DNA from: an uncultured bacterium
GTDB taxonomy: Bacteria > Patescibacteriota > Minisyncoccia > Phycocordibacterales > GWA1-40-21
DNA: 64,000 nucleotides
Reading direction: 5' to 3'
Assembly: GCA_963804975.1 (NCBI GenBank)
Contig: CAWDSG010000002.1
Span: forward strand, 53,554 to 117,553
Shown here: positions 18,019 through 28,461 of the stretch, one piece after another
How positions within the stretch are numbered: the first letter of the stretch is position 1
Layout: each line of letters starts with the position of its first letter
Notes under the pieces: generated by a model
What the model saw: the letters and a program-made list of their open reading frames with translations, nothing else
Databases searched by the model: none
What the model was told of the DNA's origin: nothing
Position numbers and translations under genes: made by a program

Positions 18019-18522
18019 ATGAAAATAATTTCAATTGATCCGGGATACGAAAGAATGGGCGTGGCAATAATAGAAAAAACTACCCTGGCCGGGCAGGCAG
18101 GAAAAGAAACTTTGGTTTTTTCTGAGTGTTTCAAGACATCGGCAAAAATTCTGCATGAAGAAAGATTAAAACTTATCGGGCAGGAAATAGAAATCCTAAT
18201 AAAAAAATACAAGCCGGAGGCAATGGCGATAGAAACATTATTTTTTACAAACAACCAAAAAACAGTGATGCAGGTTTCAGAAGCAAGGGGAGTGATGCTT
18301 TATGTTGCGGCAATTGCGAAACTGAAAGTTTTTGAATTCTCGCCGATGGCCATAAAAGTCGCAGTGACTGGTTATGGCAAAAGCGAAAAAAACCAAGTGA
18401 CAGAAATGGTGAAAAAACTTATAAAAATAGGCAGAAATATCAAGTATGACGATGAGTACGATGCAATAGCCGTTGGGCTTACTTATTTTGCTTCCCATCC
18501 TTACCATTCAGCCGGATTATAA
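18019..18522 (+). CDS. ruvC: crossover junction endodeoxyribonuclease RuvC
   Basis: MKIISIDPGYERMGVAI N-terminus and C-terminal DAIAVGLTY catalytic region. The ATG at 18019 is preferred over the upstream extension. Confidence 0.85.
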   Translation: MKIISIDPGYERMGVAIIEKTTLAGQAGKETLVFSECFKTSAKILHEERLKLIGQEIEILIKKYKPEAMAIETLFFTNNQKTVMQVSEARGVMLYVAAIAKLKVFEFSPMAIKVAVTGYGKSEKNQVTEMVKKLIKIGRNIKYDDEYDAIAVGLTYFASHPYHSAGL

Positions 18523-18761
18523 TCCAATGCATCTTCATCATCTTCAGCTTCAAGAAGTGCTTCTTCCTCAAGAAGAGGGTCTACCACAAGCGGATCCACA
18601 ACCGGAACAACTGGTTCTTCAAAAGCATCAAGCACGCCATCGGACAGAGTTCCGATATCTTTGATTTCTTCTTCGCTTTTCATTTCTTTTTCTGCAGGTA
18701 CAACTTTCTTTACGTCCTTTGTTTTTTCGGATTTTGTATTTTTTTTATCTTTAGTTTTCAT
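18501..18761 (-). CDS. small highly acidic hypothetical protein
   Basis: 86 aa, Lys-rich N-terminus and Asp/Glu/Pro-rich C-terminus. Could be a spurious ORF. Confidence 0.25.
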   Translation of the reverse strand: MKTKDKKNTKSEKTKDVKKVVPAEKEMKSEEEIKDIGTLSDGVLDAFEEPVVPVVDPLVVDPLLEEEALLEAEDDEDALDYNPAEW

Positions 18762-18865
18762 CCCCGATAAATTTAATCACTCTTTTTGAGCTAATGTTGA
18801 TATTTTCCAAAATTATAGGAAAAAAGCAAATAGGCGGAACTGTGGATAACTAATGGCTAGAATTA

Positions 18866-19396
18866 TTATTCGGCATTAGTATAAATATCCTGCACTTCCT
18901 CGTTGTTTTCCAAATCATCTATGAGTTTTTCAAGTTTTGCCGCATCTTCATCAGACAGCAGAATAGTTGTCTTCGGTACCCAGCCGTCAATTGTTTTCTC
19001 AAATGCCCACGATGCGCTTCCTTGGGCCGCAAGAGAGGCGCCGTTTTCGGACAAAATATGCTTCACTTCCGCAGCAGCTTTATTCCTGTTTGTGGTCAAA
19101 ACATCAATAATAATAGCCGCTCCGCCCGGACCGTATGCTTCATAAACATTTTGCTCCATATCTTCAGCATCAGCACCCATGGCTTTTTTAACAGCCCTTT
19201 CAATGTTGTCGCTGGGCATATTTACCGACTTGGCTTTTTCAATGGCCGCTCGGAGTCCAGGCGAGGAAAGGTCTCCTTTGGCTTTCTTTGCTTCAATCTG
19301 AATTGCTTTTGCCATCTTGCCGAAAAGCGCGCTTTTTTGGGCATCGGTTTTTTCCTTCAATCTTTTTATTTTTGAAAATTTATTGTGTCCGCTCAT
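18866..19396 (-). CDS. yebC: YebC/PmpR-family (DUF28) protein, short form
   Basis: N-terminus MSGHNKFSKIKRLKEKTDAQKS matches YebC MAGHSKWANIKHRK. Adjacent to ruvB. Confidence 0.75.
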   Translation of the reverse strand: MSGHNKFSKIKRLKEKTDAQKSALFGKMAKAIQIEAKKAKGDLSSPGLRAAIEKAKSVNMPSDNIERAVKKAMGADAEDMEQNVYEAYGPGGAAIIIDVLTTNRNKAAAEVKHILSENGASLAAQGSASWAFEKTIDGWVPKTTILLSDEDAAKLEKLIDDLENNEEVQDIYTNAE

Positions 19397-19405
19397 AAAT
19401 TATAA

Positions 19406-20446
19406 TTACAAAAGTTTATTTTTACTTTTTATATTCAAATGTTTTCTCGCTCTGTCTGTAATTACTCGGCCTTTCGGAGTTCTTTCTATAAATCCAAGCT
19501 GCAGTAGATACGGCTCATAAACATCTTCTATGGTAGCCTGCTCTTCCGAGAGCGAAGCGGCTAGGGTATTGAGCCCCACGGGGCCGCCGTTGAATTTTTC
19601 CTCTATGATTTTAAGCACAGCCCTGTCCTCCGGATTAAGTCCGACTTCATCAATTGCAAGCATATCAAGAGCTTCTTTTACCAATTTATTTGTAAGCTTC
19701 TGTTTTCTTATTTGAGCCAGATCGCGTCCTCTTTTAAGCAAGTAATTGGCAGTTCTTGGCGTAGAGCGGCTTCTTTTTGCAATCTCTTTTTTGGCTTCGG
19801 AATCAATTTCAACACCGAGTATCTTTGCCGATCTTTCAATAATTTTTTCTATCTCTTCGGGCGAATAAAATTCAAGCTTATAAACACCGCCGGAAAAACG
19901 GGAACGGAGCGGAGCGGAAAGCATTGCTATTCTTGTCGTGGCCGCGATCAAAGTAAAAGGAGGAAGCTCAAGTTGAATGGTGCGAGCGGACGGGCCTTTG
20001 CCGATAATAATATCAAGCGAGCCGTTTTCCATGGCAGGGTAGAGAACTTCCTCAATAGTTTTGTTTAAGCGATGAATTTCGTCTATAAAAAGAATATCGC
20101 CGGGCGTTAGGTTTGTGAGTATTGCGGCAAGATCACCGACTTTTTCAATCGCCGGACCGGAAGTTGATTTTATTTGGGCGCGGGTTTCTTTTGCAATCAA
20201 GTTTGCCAGAGTTGTTTTCCCGAGACCCGGAGGGCCATAGAAAAGCAAATGTTCCGGCGGATGCTTCCTTTCCGCGGCGGCTTTCAGCAAAATTTGCAGA
20301 TTATCTTTGATGTTTTTCTGCCCGATGTATTCGTTCCAAGTGCTTGGCCTAAGTGTCTGGTCAAGAAACTTAACGTCACTGTTTGCGTGGCTTAAATTAT
20401 TATTATTTTCGGAACTGGGAGTTTTTTTGCCGTTTTTTCTTGACAT
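19406..20446 (-). CDS. ruvB: Holliday junction branch-migration ATPase RuvB
   Basis: Walker A LLFYGPPGLGKTTLA, Walker B ILFIDEIHRL, and a winged-helix C-terminus. Confidence 0.9.
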   Translation of the reverse strand: MSRKNGKKTPSSENNNNLSHANSDVKFLDQTLRPSTWNEYIGQKNIKDNLQILLKAAAERKHPPEHLLFYGPPGLGKTTLANLIAKETRAQIKSTSGPAIEKVGDLAAILTNLTPGDILFIDEIHRLNKTIEEVLYPAMENGSLDIIIGKGPSARTIQLELPPFTLIAATTRIAMLSAPLRSRFSGGVYKLEFYSPEEIEKIIERSAKILGVEIDSEAKKEIAKRSRSTPRTANYLLKRGRDLAQIRKQKLTNKLVKEALDMLAIDEVGLNPEDRAVLKIIEEKFNGGPVGLNTLAASLSEEQATIEDVYEPYLLQLGFIERTPKGRVITDRARKHLNIKSKNKLL

Positions 20447-20781
20447 AATATTTTTTTATGCTATACTTCTACAAGAGCTCATGAACGGGGCTTTTTATTT
20501 TTTCAACGAGTTTTTTAACAGGTTCTGAATATGAATCTCTAAACAATTATTCTCGCAAGAGGTTACGAGTTTTTCTTCAAGGACGTTTTGGTTTATTTCT
20601 TCGGAAATATTGCTGAAGTTATCCTTAAAGGCTAATTTAACTTTTTACCGCCAGGTTTAAAGTATTGTTTAGAGATTTATGTTTTGAACCTTTCCCGATA
20701 ATTTTTTTCGGGCGAATCTCCATATTTTTATACTATATCGTCAAAAAACTTTTGCAAGCCCTGCAAATTCTTAAAACACAC

Positions 20782-22464
20782 TTAATTTTCCGTTTCAAGG
20801 TCTATAACAGAACCAAGTTCTTCCAAAGTGCTTATGCCACGGAGCACTTTGAGCACTCCATCCTGCTTCATATCCAAAATATTCTGAGACCTGGCGGCTT
20901 CTTTTATTTCCCTGTCGCTTGAGTTGGCCATAATAACTTTTTCCATTTCTTTTGTTGAAATTATGGCTTCGACTATGGCTATCCTGCCTTTATAGCCGGT
21001 ATCGTTGCATTTGTCGCAGCCGACAGCCTGCCAGATTTTTTTCGTCTGAACGCCGAGAAGATATGTTTTGTCGCTTATGCTTTCCAATACTTTCTTTATA
21101 ATATTTTTTTCTTTCTCATCTGGACTTTTTTCCTTCCTGCAATAAACGCAAAGCTTCCTCAACAATCTTTGCGCCATGGAAACATTCAAAGCCGAAGGGA
21201 TTGTCTTAGGATTTACTTTCAGATCTATAAGCCGAGGAAAAGCGCCGGCGGCGGAATTCGTATGCAGGGTGGAAAATACCAAATGTCCCGTAAGCGCGGC
21301 TTGAATGGCAGTGCCGGCGGTTTCCGCATCGCGAATTTCTCCGACCATTATCACATCCGGATCTTGTCTCATGGCGGCGCGAAGCCCCGAAAGAAACGTA
21401 TATCCTTTGTCTTCCTCAACCTGGGTTTGGACAATTCCGCCCAAATGATATTCAATTGGATCTTCGATGGTGATGATTTTTATATCAGGACTATAGATTT
21501 TTTTCATAAAAGCATAAAGCGTCGTGGTTTTTCCGCTTCCGGTCGGTCCGGTGATGAGAAGCATTCCGTTCGGCCTGCTTATCTCTCGTATAAGTATATC
21601 CAAAGTTCTCTTTTCTATGCCAAGCTCCTCAAGAGGCACTGCTATGGATTTTGGATTCAGCAATCTCATCACGATTGATTCGTTGTAGGCGCCGGGCAGT
21701 ATGGATGTCCTGATTTCAATCTCGCTGCCTTTGATCTTGATGCTGAAACGGCCGTCCTGCGCTTCGTCTTTGATGTTCAGCTTCATTCCGGAAAGCAACT
21801 TAATCCTTGAAAGCAATAAAGAATATGTAGCGCCGTCAAATTGGTATGTATCTATAAGGACGCCGTCTATCCTGAATCTTACTCTGACAGAATCTTCCTG
21901 AGGTTCTATGTGCACATCGGATGCGCCGAGAGCAAGCGCGCCGGCAAGAATAATTTCCATGATTTTTGAAATGCGGTACGTCTGCTTCACGCCCAAAAGA
22001 TCATCCATCAATTTCTTGATGTCTTTTATATGCGTGACTTTTTCCATAAGCATCACGACTTGGTCGCTTGAAATATCAAAAGTGCCCGCCACGCTTTCCG
22101 ATGAATATGACAGATCTTTGTATCTTTCCCATGCTTTTTCCAAACTTTTTTTGGATGCCATGAAAACATTCGGGAAATAACCCTCATTTGAAAGGCGGTT
22201 CAATATGGAAATCGTTTTTTGGTTGTTAGGGGAAATAATGGCAACCTGAAGTTTTTTTCCGACCATATCAAAGATAGCGATATTTGATTGCCGCGCTTCT
22301 TCTTCGTTTACAAGCCGGAGCGCATCGCTGTTGACGCGGATCGGGCCGAGATCCAGATAATTATAGCCATATCGCGAAGCCAGAATTTTCACGACATCCT
22401 CTTCCTCGTTTTTGCGCATTTCTTCCTCGCGTTTTTTTTCCTTTGTCTCGTCAAAGTCCACCAT
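20782..22464 (-). CDS. pilB: type IV pilus / type II secretion assembly ATPase (PilB/GspE family), copy 1
   Basis: N-terminal GSPII_E_N-like domain, Walker A LITGPTGSGKTTTLY, and IMVGEIRD. Confidence 0.85.
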   Translation of the reverse strand: MVDFDETKEKKREEEMRKNEEEDVVKILASRYGYNYLDLGPIRVNSDALRLVNEEEARQSNIAIFDMVGKKLQVAIISPNNQKTISILNRLSNEGYFPNVFMASKKSLEKAWERYKDLSYSSESVAGTFDISSDQVVMLMEKVTHIKDIKKLMDDLLGVKQTYRISKIMEIILAGALALGASDVHIEPQEDSVRVRFRIDGVLIDTYQFDGATYSLLLSRIKLLSGMKLNIKDEAQDGRFSIKIKGSEIEIRTSILPGAYNESIVMRLLNPKSIAVPLEELGIEKRTLDILIREISRPNGMLLITGPTGSGKTTTLYAFMKKIYSPDIKIITIEDPIEYHLGGIVQTQVEEDKGYTFLSGLRAAMRQDPDVIMVGEIRDAETAGTAIQAALTGHLVFSTLHTNSAAGAFPRLIDLKVNPKTIPSALNVSMAQRLLRKLCVYCRKEKSPDEKEKNIIKKVLESISDKTYLLGVQTKKIWQAVGCDKCNDTGYKGRIAIVEAIISTKEMEKVIMANSSDREIKEAARSQNILDMKQDGVLKVLRGISTLEELGSVIDLETEN

Positions 22465-22605
22465 ATGGCACTATCATACCACAGGAAGCCGAAAAGCCAT
22501 ATTTAAAGCCATAATGAAGGGTGCAATAAGGGCGTATGGAAAAGTACTTGACTTTTTTCCAGTTTAGTATATAATAGCAACGTTAATAAATTTGATATAA
22601 AAAAT

Positions 22606-23724
22606 ATGAAAAACACAAATATTACAAATAAATATCTTTTGGCGATCGGAACTCTTTTGCTTATCGCTGTTTTTGCTGTAGGTTTGCCGATTGCGGTTTC
22701 AGCACAGGAATATACTGATGGAGGCGGCTACTATACCGATGGAGGAGGATATGATTACACTGATGGAGGCGGTTATGGCTATACCGATGGAGGGGGTTAT
22801 TATGAGACATCGCCTTCTGCTTATTATGTTTCAGGCGGAAGTTATTACGGTGGCGGCTATTATGGATATCCTTCTTACTATTCCGGTTCAACGGTCACTT
22901 CAGGAAGTTTTTCCGGAGGCAATACTTACAATGTAACTCCAACATATACTTATCTTACACCAACAGTTTCTTCAGGAAGCTTTAACGGCGGAAACGCATA
23001 CGGATATAATTATGGATATAACTACGGTGCGCTCAACGGTTCTTGCTCGGCCTCATTCAACACAGGCGTAACAAACGGTCCCATGGTTACTTGGACAGCG
23101 TCTGCTTCAGGCGGAAACGGCATATATAATTATTACTGGACGGGCGACGAAGGCCTTGTAGCTTCCGGCCAATATGTTTCAAAAACATATGTGACAAACG
23201 GCGTGAAGAACGCGTATCTTACGATCAGCTCCGGTGACGGACAGACAATCACAAGGACTTGTTCAGCCACTGTCGGGAATCAGGTTTTGGCTTACAGCGC
23301 GACAAACCCGACTTTGCAATCCATTTATTTGAGTGATGTTCCGGCTACCGGTGCGGGCGATGTTGCTAAAGTTATCGGATTTCTCTCAATGCTTTTGCTC
23401 TGGAGCGCTGGACTCTCATACATATTCTTGAAAAGAAAAGAAAAAATGGAAAATCCAATAGTTGCATCTGTTGCAGCATCGGATATGAAAGACAACGCAA
23501 ATTCATTGCAGAATTTCCAAATGGAAATCAGCTCGGACAAACAGGCGATAGAGTCCATAGAGACATACGCGAGAATGAACAAAGTGTTGCTTTCAAGTGA
23601 TGCGGTTATGGAACTTGCCAAGCTTTCAAGATTGAACAAAATCAATCCGAAAAATGCAATAAGGGAAATGAGCCAGAATCAATGGACAGCAGTGGGAGAA
23701 AAGGATTTGGCGAAATATCTCTAA
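22606..23724 (+). CDS. Gly/Tyr-rich repeat surface protein with internal sorting-signal-like segment
   Basis: Signal peptide, then 4x YTDGGGY tandem repeats and GY-rich low complexity. PATG, a hydrophobic stretch and KRKEK follow, then a roughly 90-aa tail. Confidence 0.45.
   Translation: MKNTNITNKYLLAIGTLLLIAVFAVGLPIAVSAQEYTDGGGYYTDGGGYDYTDGGGYGYTDGGGYYETSPSAYYVSGGSYYGGGYYGYPSYYSGSTVTSGSFSGGNTYNVTPTYTYLTPTVSSGSFNGGNAYGYNYGYNYGALNGSCSASFNTGVTNGPMVTWTASASGGNGIYNYYWTGDEGLVASGQYVSKTYVTNGVKNAYLTISSGDGQTITRTCSATVGNQVLAYSATNPTLQSIYLSDVPATGAGDVAKVIGFLSMLLLWSAGLSYIFLKRKEKMENPIVASVAASDMKDNANSLQNFQMEISSDKQAIESIETYARMNKVLLSSDAVMELAKLSRLNKINPKNAIREMSQNQWTAVGEKDLAKYL
22711..22803 (+). repeat. tandem 21-24 bp coding repeats (YTDGGGY units)
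   Basis: tatactgatggaggcggctac, tataccgatggaggaggatat, gattacactgatggaggcggttat and ggctataccgatggagggggttat lie in tandem. Confidence 0.7.
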
Positions 23725-23907
23725 TTACAACTCCAAAAACAACAAAAAATCCCTAAAATAAGGGATTTTTTGTTGCATAAAACCTTTATTTTTAGCCCTT
23801 AATTTTGTATTGACAAAAATCTATTATCGTGTATAATATTCAGCAGCAGTACAGTAAGCGCAGAAGTTCATTGTTGTAAAATCTCATCTACCATAGGAGG
23901 TAGAAAG

Positions 23908-24588
23908 ATGGCAAAACAAACAAACGTTTTCAATTTAAGTGCAGAGCAGAAAAACGTAGTACGGTGGTTTGCTTTGGGGTTAGCTACGGTGTTGTTTTTG
24001 TTTTTGACCGCCGCTATTTTCATTCCTTCCACTGCCGGCATTGTTGCTTTAAAGGGATATTTTTTTCCTACCAAGAGCAATACGTTTTTCGCACCGGCGC
24101 CAGTTACTGGTAGCGGTAAGAATCAGCAAGCATCAAGGAGTATATCTCCGGCTGTTTCTCAACCACCGATCATTAGGCAAACAGGCCTTGTTAATCTTAC
24201 CAAGATTAATATCGGTGGGAAAAAAGAGTCAGTCGTTACTCATCGAAAAGTTTGCGACAAGAAACGCACTGAAACGCCCAAAGCTCAATTTCAACAAAGT
24301 GCTGACGTTGAAGTTCCGCCTCATACCGTTGATGTATATAACGGGAGCGGTGGATATGTGATGGTGTTCCGTTTGAATCCTGATAGGATGGAAATAGCAT
24401 CGTCGGGAGAGGAAGGTCTTGTGACAAAAGTGGCGGCCCGAGATCGTACCCTTGGTATGTGGCTCGAGTTCAAGGTTTCTGGAAAATCAGGTTATTATTC
24501 CAGACCTTACAATTTTGTCCATAACAAAAGCAGGACCCACTATGTTGTGAACGTGGGGACGAGAGATATAGCTGTTTCCGAGGACTAA
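23908..24588 (+). CDS. hypothetical membrane-anchored protein
   Basis: N-terminal TM WFALGLATVLFLFLTAAIFIP. Two tandem hairpins follow the stop. Confidence 0.4.
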   Translation: MAKQTNVFNLSAEQKNVVRWFALGLATVLFLFLTAAIFIPSTAGIVALKGYFFPTKSNTFFAPAPVTGSGKNQQASRSISPAVSQPPIIRQTGLVNLTKINIGGKKESVVTHRKVCDKKRTETPKAQFQQSADVEVPPHTVDVYNGSGGYVMVFRLNPDRMEIASSGEEGLVTKVAARDRTLGMWLEFKVSGKSGYYSRPYNFVHNKSRTHYVVNVGTRDIAVSED

Positions 24589-24695
24589 AAATTCTCGGGA
24601 CAGAGAACGGGGTTTTCGAAAGGGAATCCCGTTTTTTTATTGGTGTGATTTCCGCTTTGCGGAAATCACGCCGATTTTTATGTTAAAATTGAATA

Positions 24696-25133
24696 ATGAT
24701 AATTGTAAGCAAAAGCTTAAAGGAGACCGAGAAAATAGCCGAGGATTTTATGAAAAAACTATCAGTAAGTTTTTTAGGCGAACAGGCGCTTATTGTCGGA
24801 CTTTACGGGGATCTGGGTTCCGGCAAAACAACTTTTACGCAAGCGGTCGGCAAGAATTTTGATGTCAAAGAAGATATAACAAGTCCGACTTTTGTGATTG
24901 AAAAAATTTATGATACGAAAGATAAGAATTTTAAAAAGCTTGTTCATATAGATGCATACCGCCTGGATTCGGGTAAAGAACTTCTGAAGCTTGATTGGCA
25001 GAAAATTGCTTCAGATCCGAAAAATATTATTTTTATAGAATGGCCGGAAAGAGTGAAGGATATTTTGCCGGAGAATCATCTGAAGATTAACTTTAAATTT
25101 TTGAGCGAGTTTGAGAGGGAAATTGAAATATAA
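24696..25133 (+). CDS. tsaE: tRNA threonylcarbamoyladenosine biosynthesis protein TsaE
   Basis: P-loop LYGDLGSGKTTFTQ, SPTFVIE, and HIDAYRL. Confidence 0.8.
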   Translation: MIIVSKSLKETEKIAEDFMKKLSVSFLGEQALIVGLYGDLGSGKTTFTQAVGKNFDVKEDITSPTFVIEKIYDTKDKNFKKLVHIDAYRLDSGKELLKLDWQKIASDPKNIIFIEWPERVKDILPENHLKINFKFLSEFEREIEI

Positions 25134-25224
25134 AATGACAAAATTATATTTATGTGGTATTATGTAAAGCAGTAAGCTCGTTGTTGTTTCAAAAACCAAT
25201 CAATTGAAGTTCTAGGAGGTTAAA

Positions 25225-25716
25225 ATGGAAAGTAAAAGAATTAATTCTTCGGAATCTTCTCTTACTGCGGAACAAAGAGAAAAACAAAGACAAAAGGTAA
25301 TGGAATCTGCAGCACTTATGGCTTTACCTTTTTCGGACTTAGGTCCATCAGCACCGAAAACACCTATGGTGGCTTCGCGCTCACCGAGGAATATCAAAAG
25401 AACCATTGCCATTTTGATAGCAGTTCTAGCTGCTATCGGTGTGCTTGTCGGAATATCTATTCGGCAAGATCATTTTGTCAGAGTGGAGAATGGCTCTCTG
25501 GATAAAAAAATTCAATCTTTTTATTTGAAAAACGGACAAAAAGTTTATTTTTCTAAATCTAAACTTTCGTCCGGAGAGGGAGAGACATATCCCTGTAAAT
25601 CAACGAACGGATTCTTTTGGGTTGAAGTTACAGCAGAAGATGGAACTAAAAAAGATCTTCAGAAGAAATTTGATTTTGGCAAGGGGAATGCCTTCACATG
25701 GACAATCTTCAATTAG
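25225..25716 (+). CDS. hypothetical single-pass membrane protein
   Basis: Charged N-terminus, TM TIAILIAVLAAIGVLVGISI, and a roughly 100-aa C-terminal domain. Has a strong SD, aggaggt. Confidence 0.4.
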   Translation: MESKRINSSESSLTAEQREKQRQKVMESAALMALPFSDLGPSAPKTPMVASRSPRNIKRTIAILIAVLAAIGVLVGISIRQDHFVRVENGSLDKKIQSFYLKNGQKVYFSKSKLSSGEGETYPCKSTNGFFWVEVTAEDGTKKDLQKKFDFGKGNAFTWTIFN

Positions 25717-25838
25717 CGAAAATCCGAAGTTTGCAAAGTAGGCAAGTTTTTAAAAGCTTGCCTATTTTTTATGCTAAAATTCATATGCTATTCAAAGTTT
25801 TACATTTTTTAATTTTAAAGTGCGCTATAATATAATCA

Positions 25839-28331
25839 TTGTTCCAAATGAAAGAAAAAGCAAAACAAACAAAAAAAACCCTAGTTCTCTTAGACGTTCA
25901 CGCGATCATTCATCGCGCCTATCATGCGCTGCCCGAGTTTGCCACAAGCAAGGGAGAGCCGACGGGCGCGCTTTACGGGCTTTCCACGATGCTTCTGAAA
26001 ATCATAAACGATTTGAAACCGGATTATATTATTGCCTGCTACGACCTGCCGAAGCCGACTTTCCGCCACGAAGCTTATAAGGAATACAAAGCCGGTAGGG
26101 CAAAAGCGGATGAGGATCTCGTTTCACAATTAAAAAGATCTTACGATATTTTCAACGCATTCAATATCCCGATTTATTCAAAAGAAGGATATGAGGCGGA
26201 CGATGTTATAGGCACAATAGTAGAGAAAACAAAAAAAGAAAAAGATTTAAATACAGTAATTGCTTCCGGAGATATGGACACTCTTCAGCTTGTGGACGGC
26301 GACAAGGTCAGAGTTTATACCTTGAAAAAAGGAATCAAAGATACGATTATTTATAACGAAAGAGCCGTGATGGAAAGATTCGGTTTTTCTCCTGAACTTT
26401 TGGCGGATTACAAAGGGCTTTGCGGAGACCAATCGGATAATATCATCGGCATAAAAGGCATTGGAGAAAAAACAGCAACCGAGCTTATCCAGAAATTCGG
26501 TTCTATTGAAGATATTTATAAAAAACTGAAAAAAGATCCTAAGCAGTTTGAAAAAGCCGGAATAAAAGAAAGAATTATCGGGCTTTTGAAAGAAGGCGAG
26601 GAAGAGGCGAAATTTTCAAAAATGCTCGGCACTGTAAACAGAAATACGCCGATAGATTTTAGAATTCCGGGAAAAACCTGGAAAGAAAGTGCGGATATTG
26701 AAAAAATCACTTCGGTATGGAGCGATTTGGAATTCAGGACTTTAGGCCAGAGATTGAAAGATACGATAAGCGGAAAACCAAAGCACGAAAATTTGCCCGA
26801 GCATAAAGAAAAAACAGAAAAATCCGGAGCAAAAAGAACAGAAATAAAAACAGGATTATTTGCGAGCGAAGAAGACGGACAAAAATTCAGGGAGCTTGCC
26901 GTGATGCTCTGGCTCATCAATTCGAATATAACGAGCCCGACCGAGGAAGACATATTTAATTTTACGAAAGCCAAAAATTTGGCCGAAGCGGAAAAAATCC
27001 TGCTTGAAGAAATGAAAAAAAGGGAACTTATGAAGGTTTGGCTGACGATAGAAAAGCCGCTTATTCCGGTAATCGAAAAAATGCAAGAATTCGGAGTTAA
27101 AATCGACAAAAAAGAGCTGGCGACTTTGTCAAAAAATTATCATGAAAAATTATCGGCTCTTGAGAAAAAAATATGGAAACTTGCAGGAGGAGAATTTAAT
27201 GTAAACTCTCCAAAACAGCTTGGAGAAATACTTTTTACGCGGCTTGGCCTAAAACCCAAGAATCAAAAGAAAACCGGCTCGGGCGCAATGTCTACAAAAG
27301 AATCGGAGCTTGAAAAAATGCGCGAAATGCATCCGATAATTGATCTTGTAATCGAACACCGGGAATTTCAGAAGCTTCTTTCCACATATATAGATGTCAT
27401 TCCGGATCTGCTTGATAACAATGACAGATTGCACGCGAAATTCTTGCAGGCCGGAACGACCACGGGAAGAATGGCCTCGTCAAATCCGAATCTTCAGAAT
27501 ATTCCGAACGAAAGCGAGCTCGGTAGGAATATAAGAGCGGCTTTTATTGCAGATCCGGGCAAAAAACTTTTGGCGTTTGATTATTCGCAGATAGAACTTC
27601 GAATCGCAGCTTTTCTTTCCGGCGATAAAAAAATGATTGAAATTTTTAAAAATGAAAAAGATATTCACACAGCAGTTGCCGCGGAGGTTTTCAATGTTCC
27701 GCTCGATAGGGTGGACAAGGAAATGAGGCGAAGGGCGAAAGTCATAAATTTCGGAATAATGTATGGAATGGGCGTGAACGCCCTGCGCGTAAATCTAAGT
27801 TCTGTTCCGACTCTGATAACGGAAGCCCGTCCCGGCTATGCCGGAATCGTCAGCAGGGAAGAAGCGCAGAAATATCTGAACGCATATTTTGAAAAATTTT
27901 CCGGTTTGGCAAAGTTCTTGGAGAACGTAAAAATTGAAGCGAAAGAAAAAGGATATACGCAAACTCTTTTCGGCAGAAGAAGGTATTTTGAAGGACTGCG
28001 TTCCAAAGTGCCTTTTATAAAAGCGATGACGGAAAGAATGGCGGTGAATGCGCCGATGCAGGGCACCGAAGCGGATTTCATAAAACTTGCTATGGTAAAA
28101 ATAGACGAATTCTTGGTCAAAGAAAAATTGGATGAAAAAGTCAGATTGATGCTTCAAGTCCACGATGAGCTTGTTTATGAAGCGGACGAAAAACTTGTCC
28201 GCGAGATTGATCCGAAAATAAAAAATATAATGGAAACACTTGTGCCAAAAACCGAGACGAAAGGTATTGTAATGAAAGCCGACGCTTCAGTCGGGGAAAA
28301 TTGGAAGGAGATGAAGAAAATAAATAGCTAG
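25839..28331 (+). CDS. polA: DNA polymerase I (5'-3' exonuclease + polymerase domains)
   Basis: N-terminal 5' nuclease LLDVHAIIHRAYHALP. Polymerase motifs are RRRAKVINFGIMYG and QVHDELVYE. Confidence 0.9.
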   Translation: MFQMKEKAKQTKKTLVLLDVHAIIHRAYHALPEFATSKGEPTGALYGLSTMLLKIINDLKPDYIIACYDLPKPTFRHEAYKEYKAGRAKADEDLVSQLKRSYDIFNAFNIPIYSKEGYEADDVIGTIVEKTKKEKDLNTVIASGDMDTLQLVDGDKVRVYTLKKGIKDTIIYNERAVMERFGFSPELLADYKGLCGDQSDNIIGIKGIGEKTATELIQKFGSIEDIYKKLKKDPKQFEKAGIKERIIGLLKEGEEEAKFSKMLGTVNRNTPIDFRIPGKTWKESADIEKITSVWSDLEFRTLGQRLKDTISGKPKHENLPEHKEKTEKSGAKRTEIKTGLFASEEDGQKFRELAVMLWLINSNITSPTEEDIFNFTKAKNLAEAEKILLEEMKKRELMKVWLTIEKPLIPVIEKMQEFGVKIDKKELATLSKNYHEKLSALEKKIWKLAGGEFNVNSPKQLGEILFTRLGLKPKNQKKTGSGAMSTKESELEKMREMHPIIDLVIEHREFQKLLSTYIDVIPDLLDNNDRLHAKFLQAGTTTGRMASSNPNLQNIPNESELGRNIRAAFIADPGKKLLAFDYSQIELRIAAFLSGDKKMIEIFKNEKDIHTAVAAEVFNVPLDRVDKEMRRRAKVINFGIMYGMGVNALRVNLSSVPTLITEARPGYAGIVSREEAQKYLNAYFEKFSGLAKFLENVKIEAKEKGYTQTLFGRRRYFEGLRSKVPFIKAMTERMAVNAPMQGTEADFIKLAMVKIDEFLVKEKLDEKVRLMLQVHDELVYEADEKLVREIDPKIKNIMETLVPKTETKGIVMKADASVGENWKEMKKINS

Positions 28332-28461
28332 ATTCTATAAATACTAAATTAATTGAACTATTACGTTTGTTTACAAAAAATTATTTAGTGATAGTATCAA
28401 TTCAAACGTTCACTATCATTACAAAAACAAAACCTTAATATCCAAACTATAGGAGGATCAA

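Noticed and set aside
18841-18849. Perfect consensus DnaA box TGTGGATAA between the acidic small ORF and yebC
   Set aside because: Single isolated 9-mer far from dnaA with no clustered copies; most likely chance occurrence.
20447-20781. 335-bp gap between pilB (copy 1) and ruvB, inspected for tRNA, ncRNA or small genes
   Set aside because: No cloverleaf-compatible segments (no GTTC-type T-arm with matching acceptor stem), no convincing ORF with an RBS; left unannotated.
25820-26080. 86-aa ORF overlapping the start of polA in another frame
   Set aside because: Out-of-frame overlap with the strongly supported polA N-terminal nuclease domain; basic/low-complexity.
26516-27109. 197-aa minus-strand ORF
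   Set aside because: Fully antisense inside polA; Ser/Phe-rich shadow ORF without start context.
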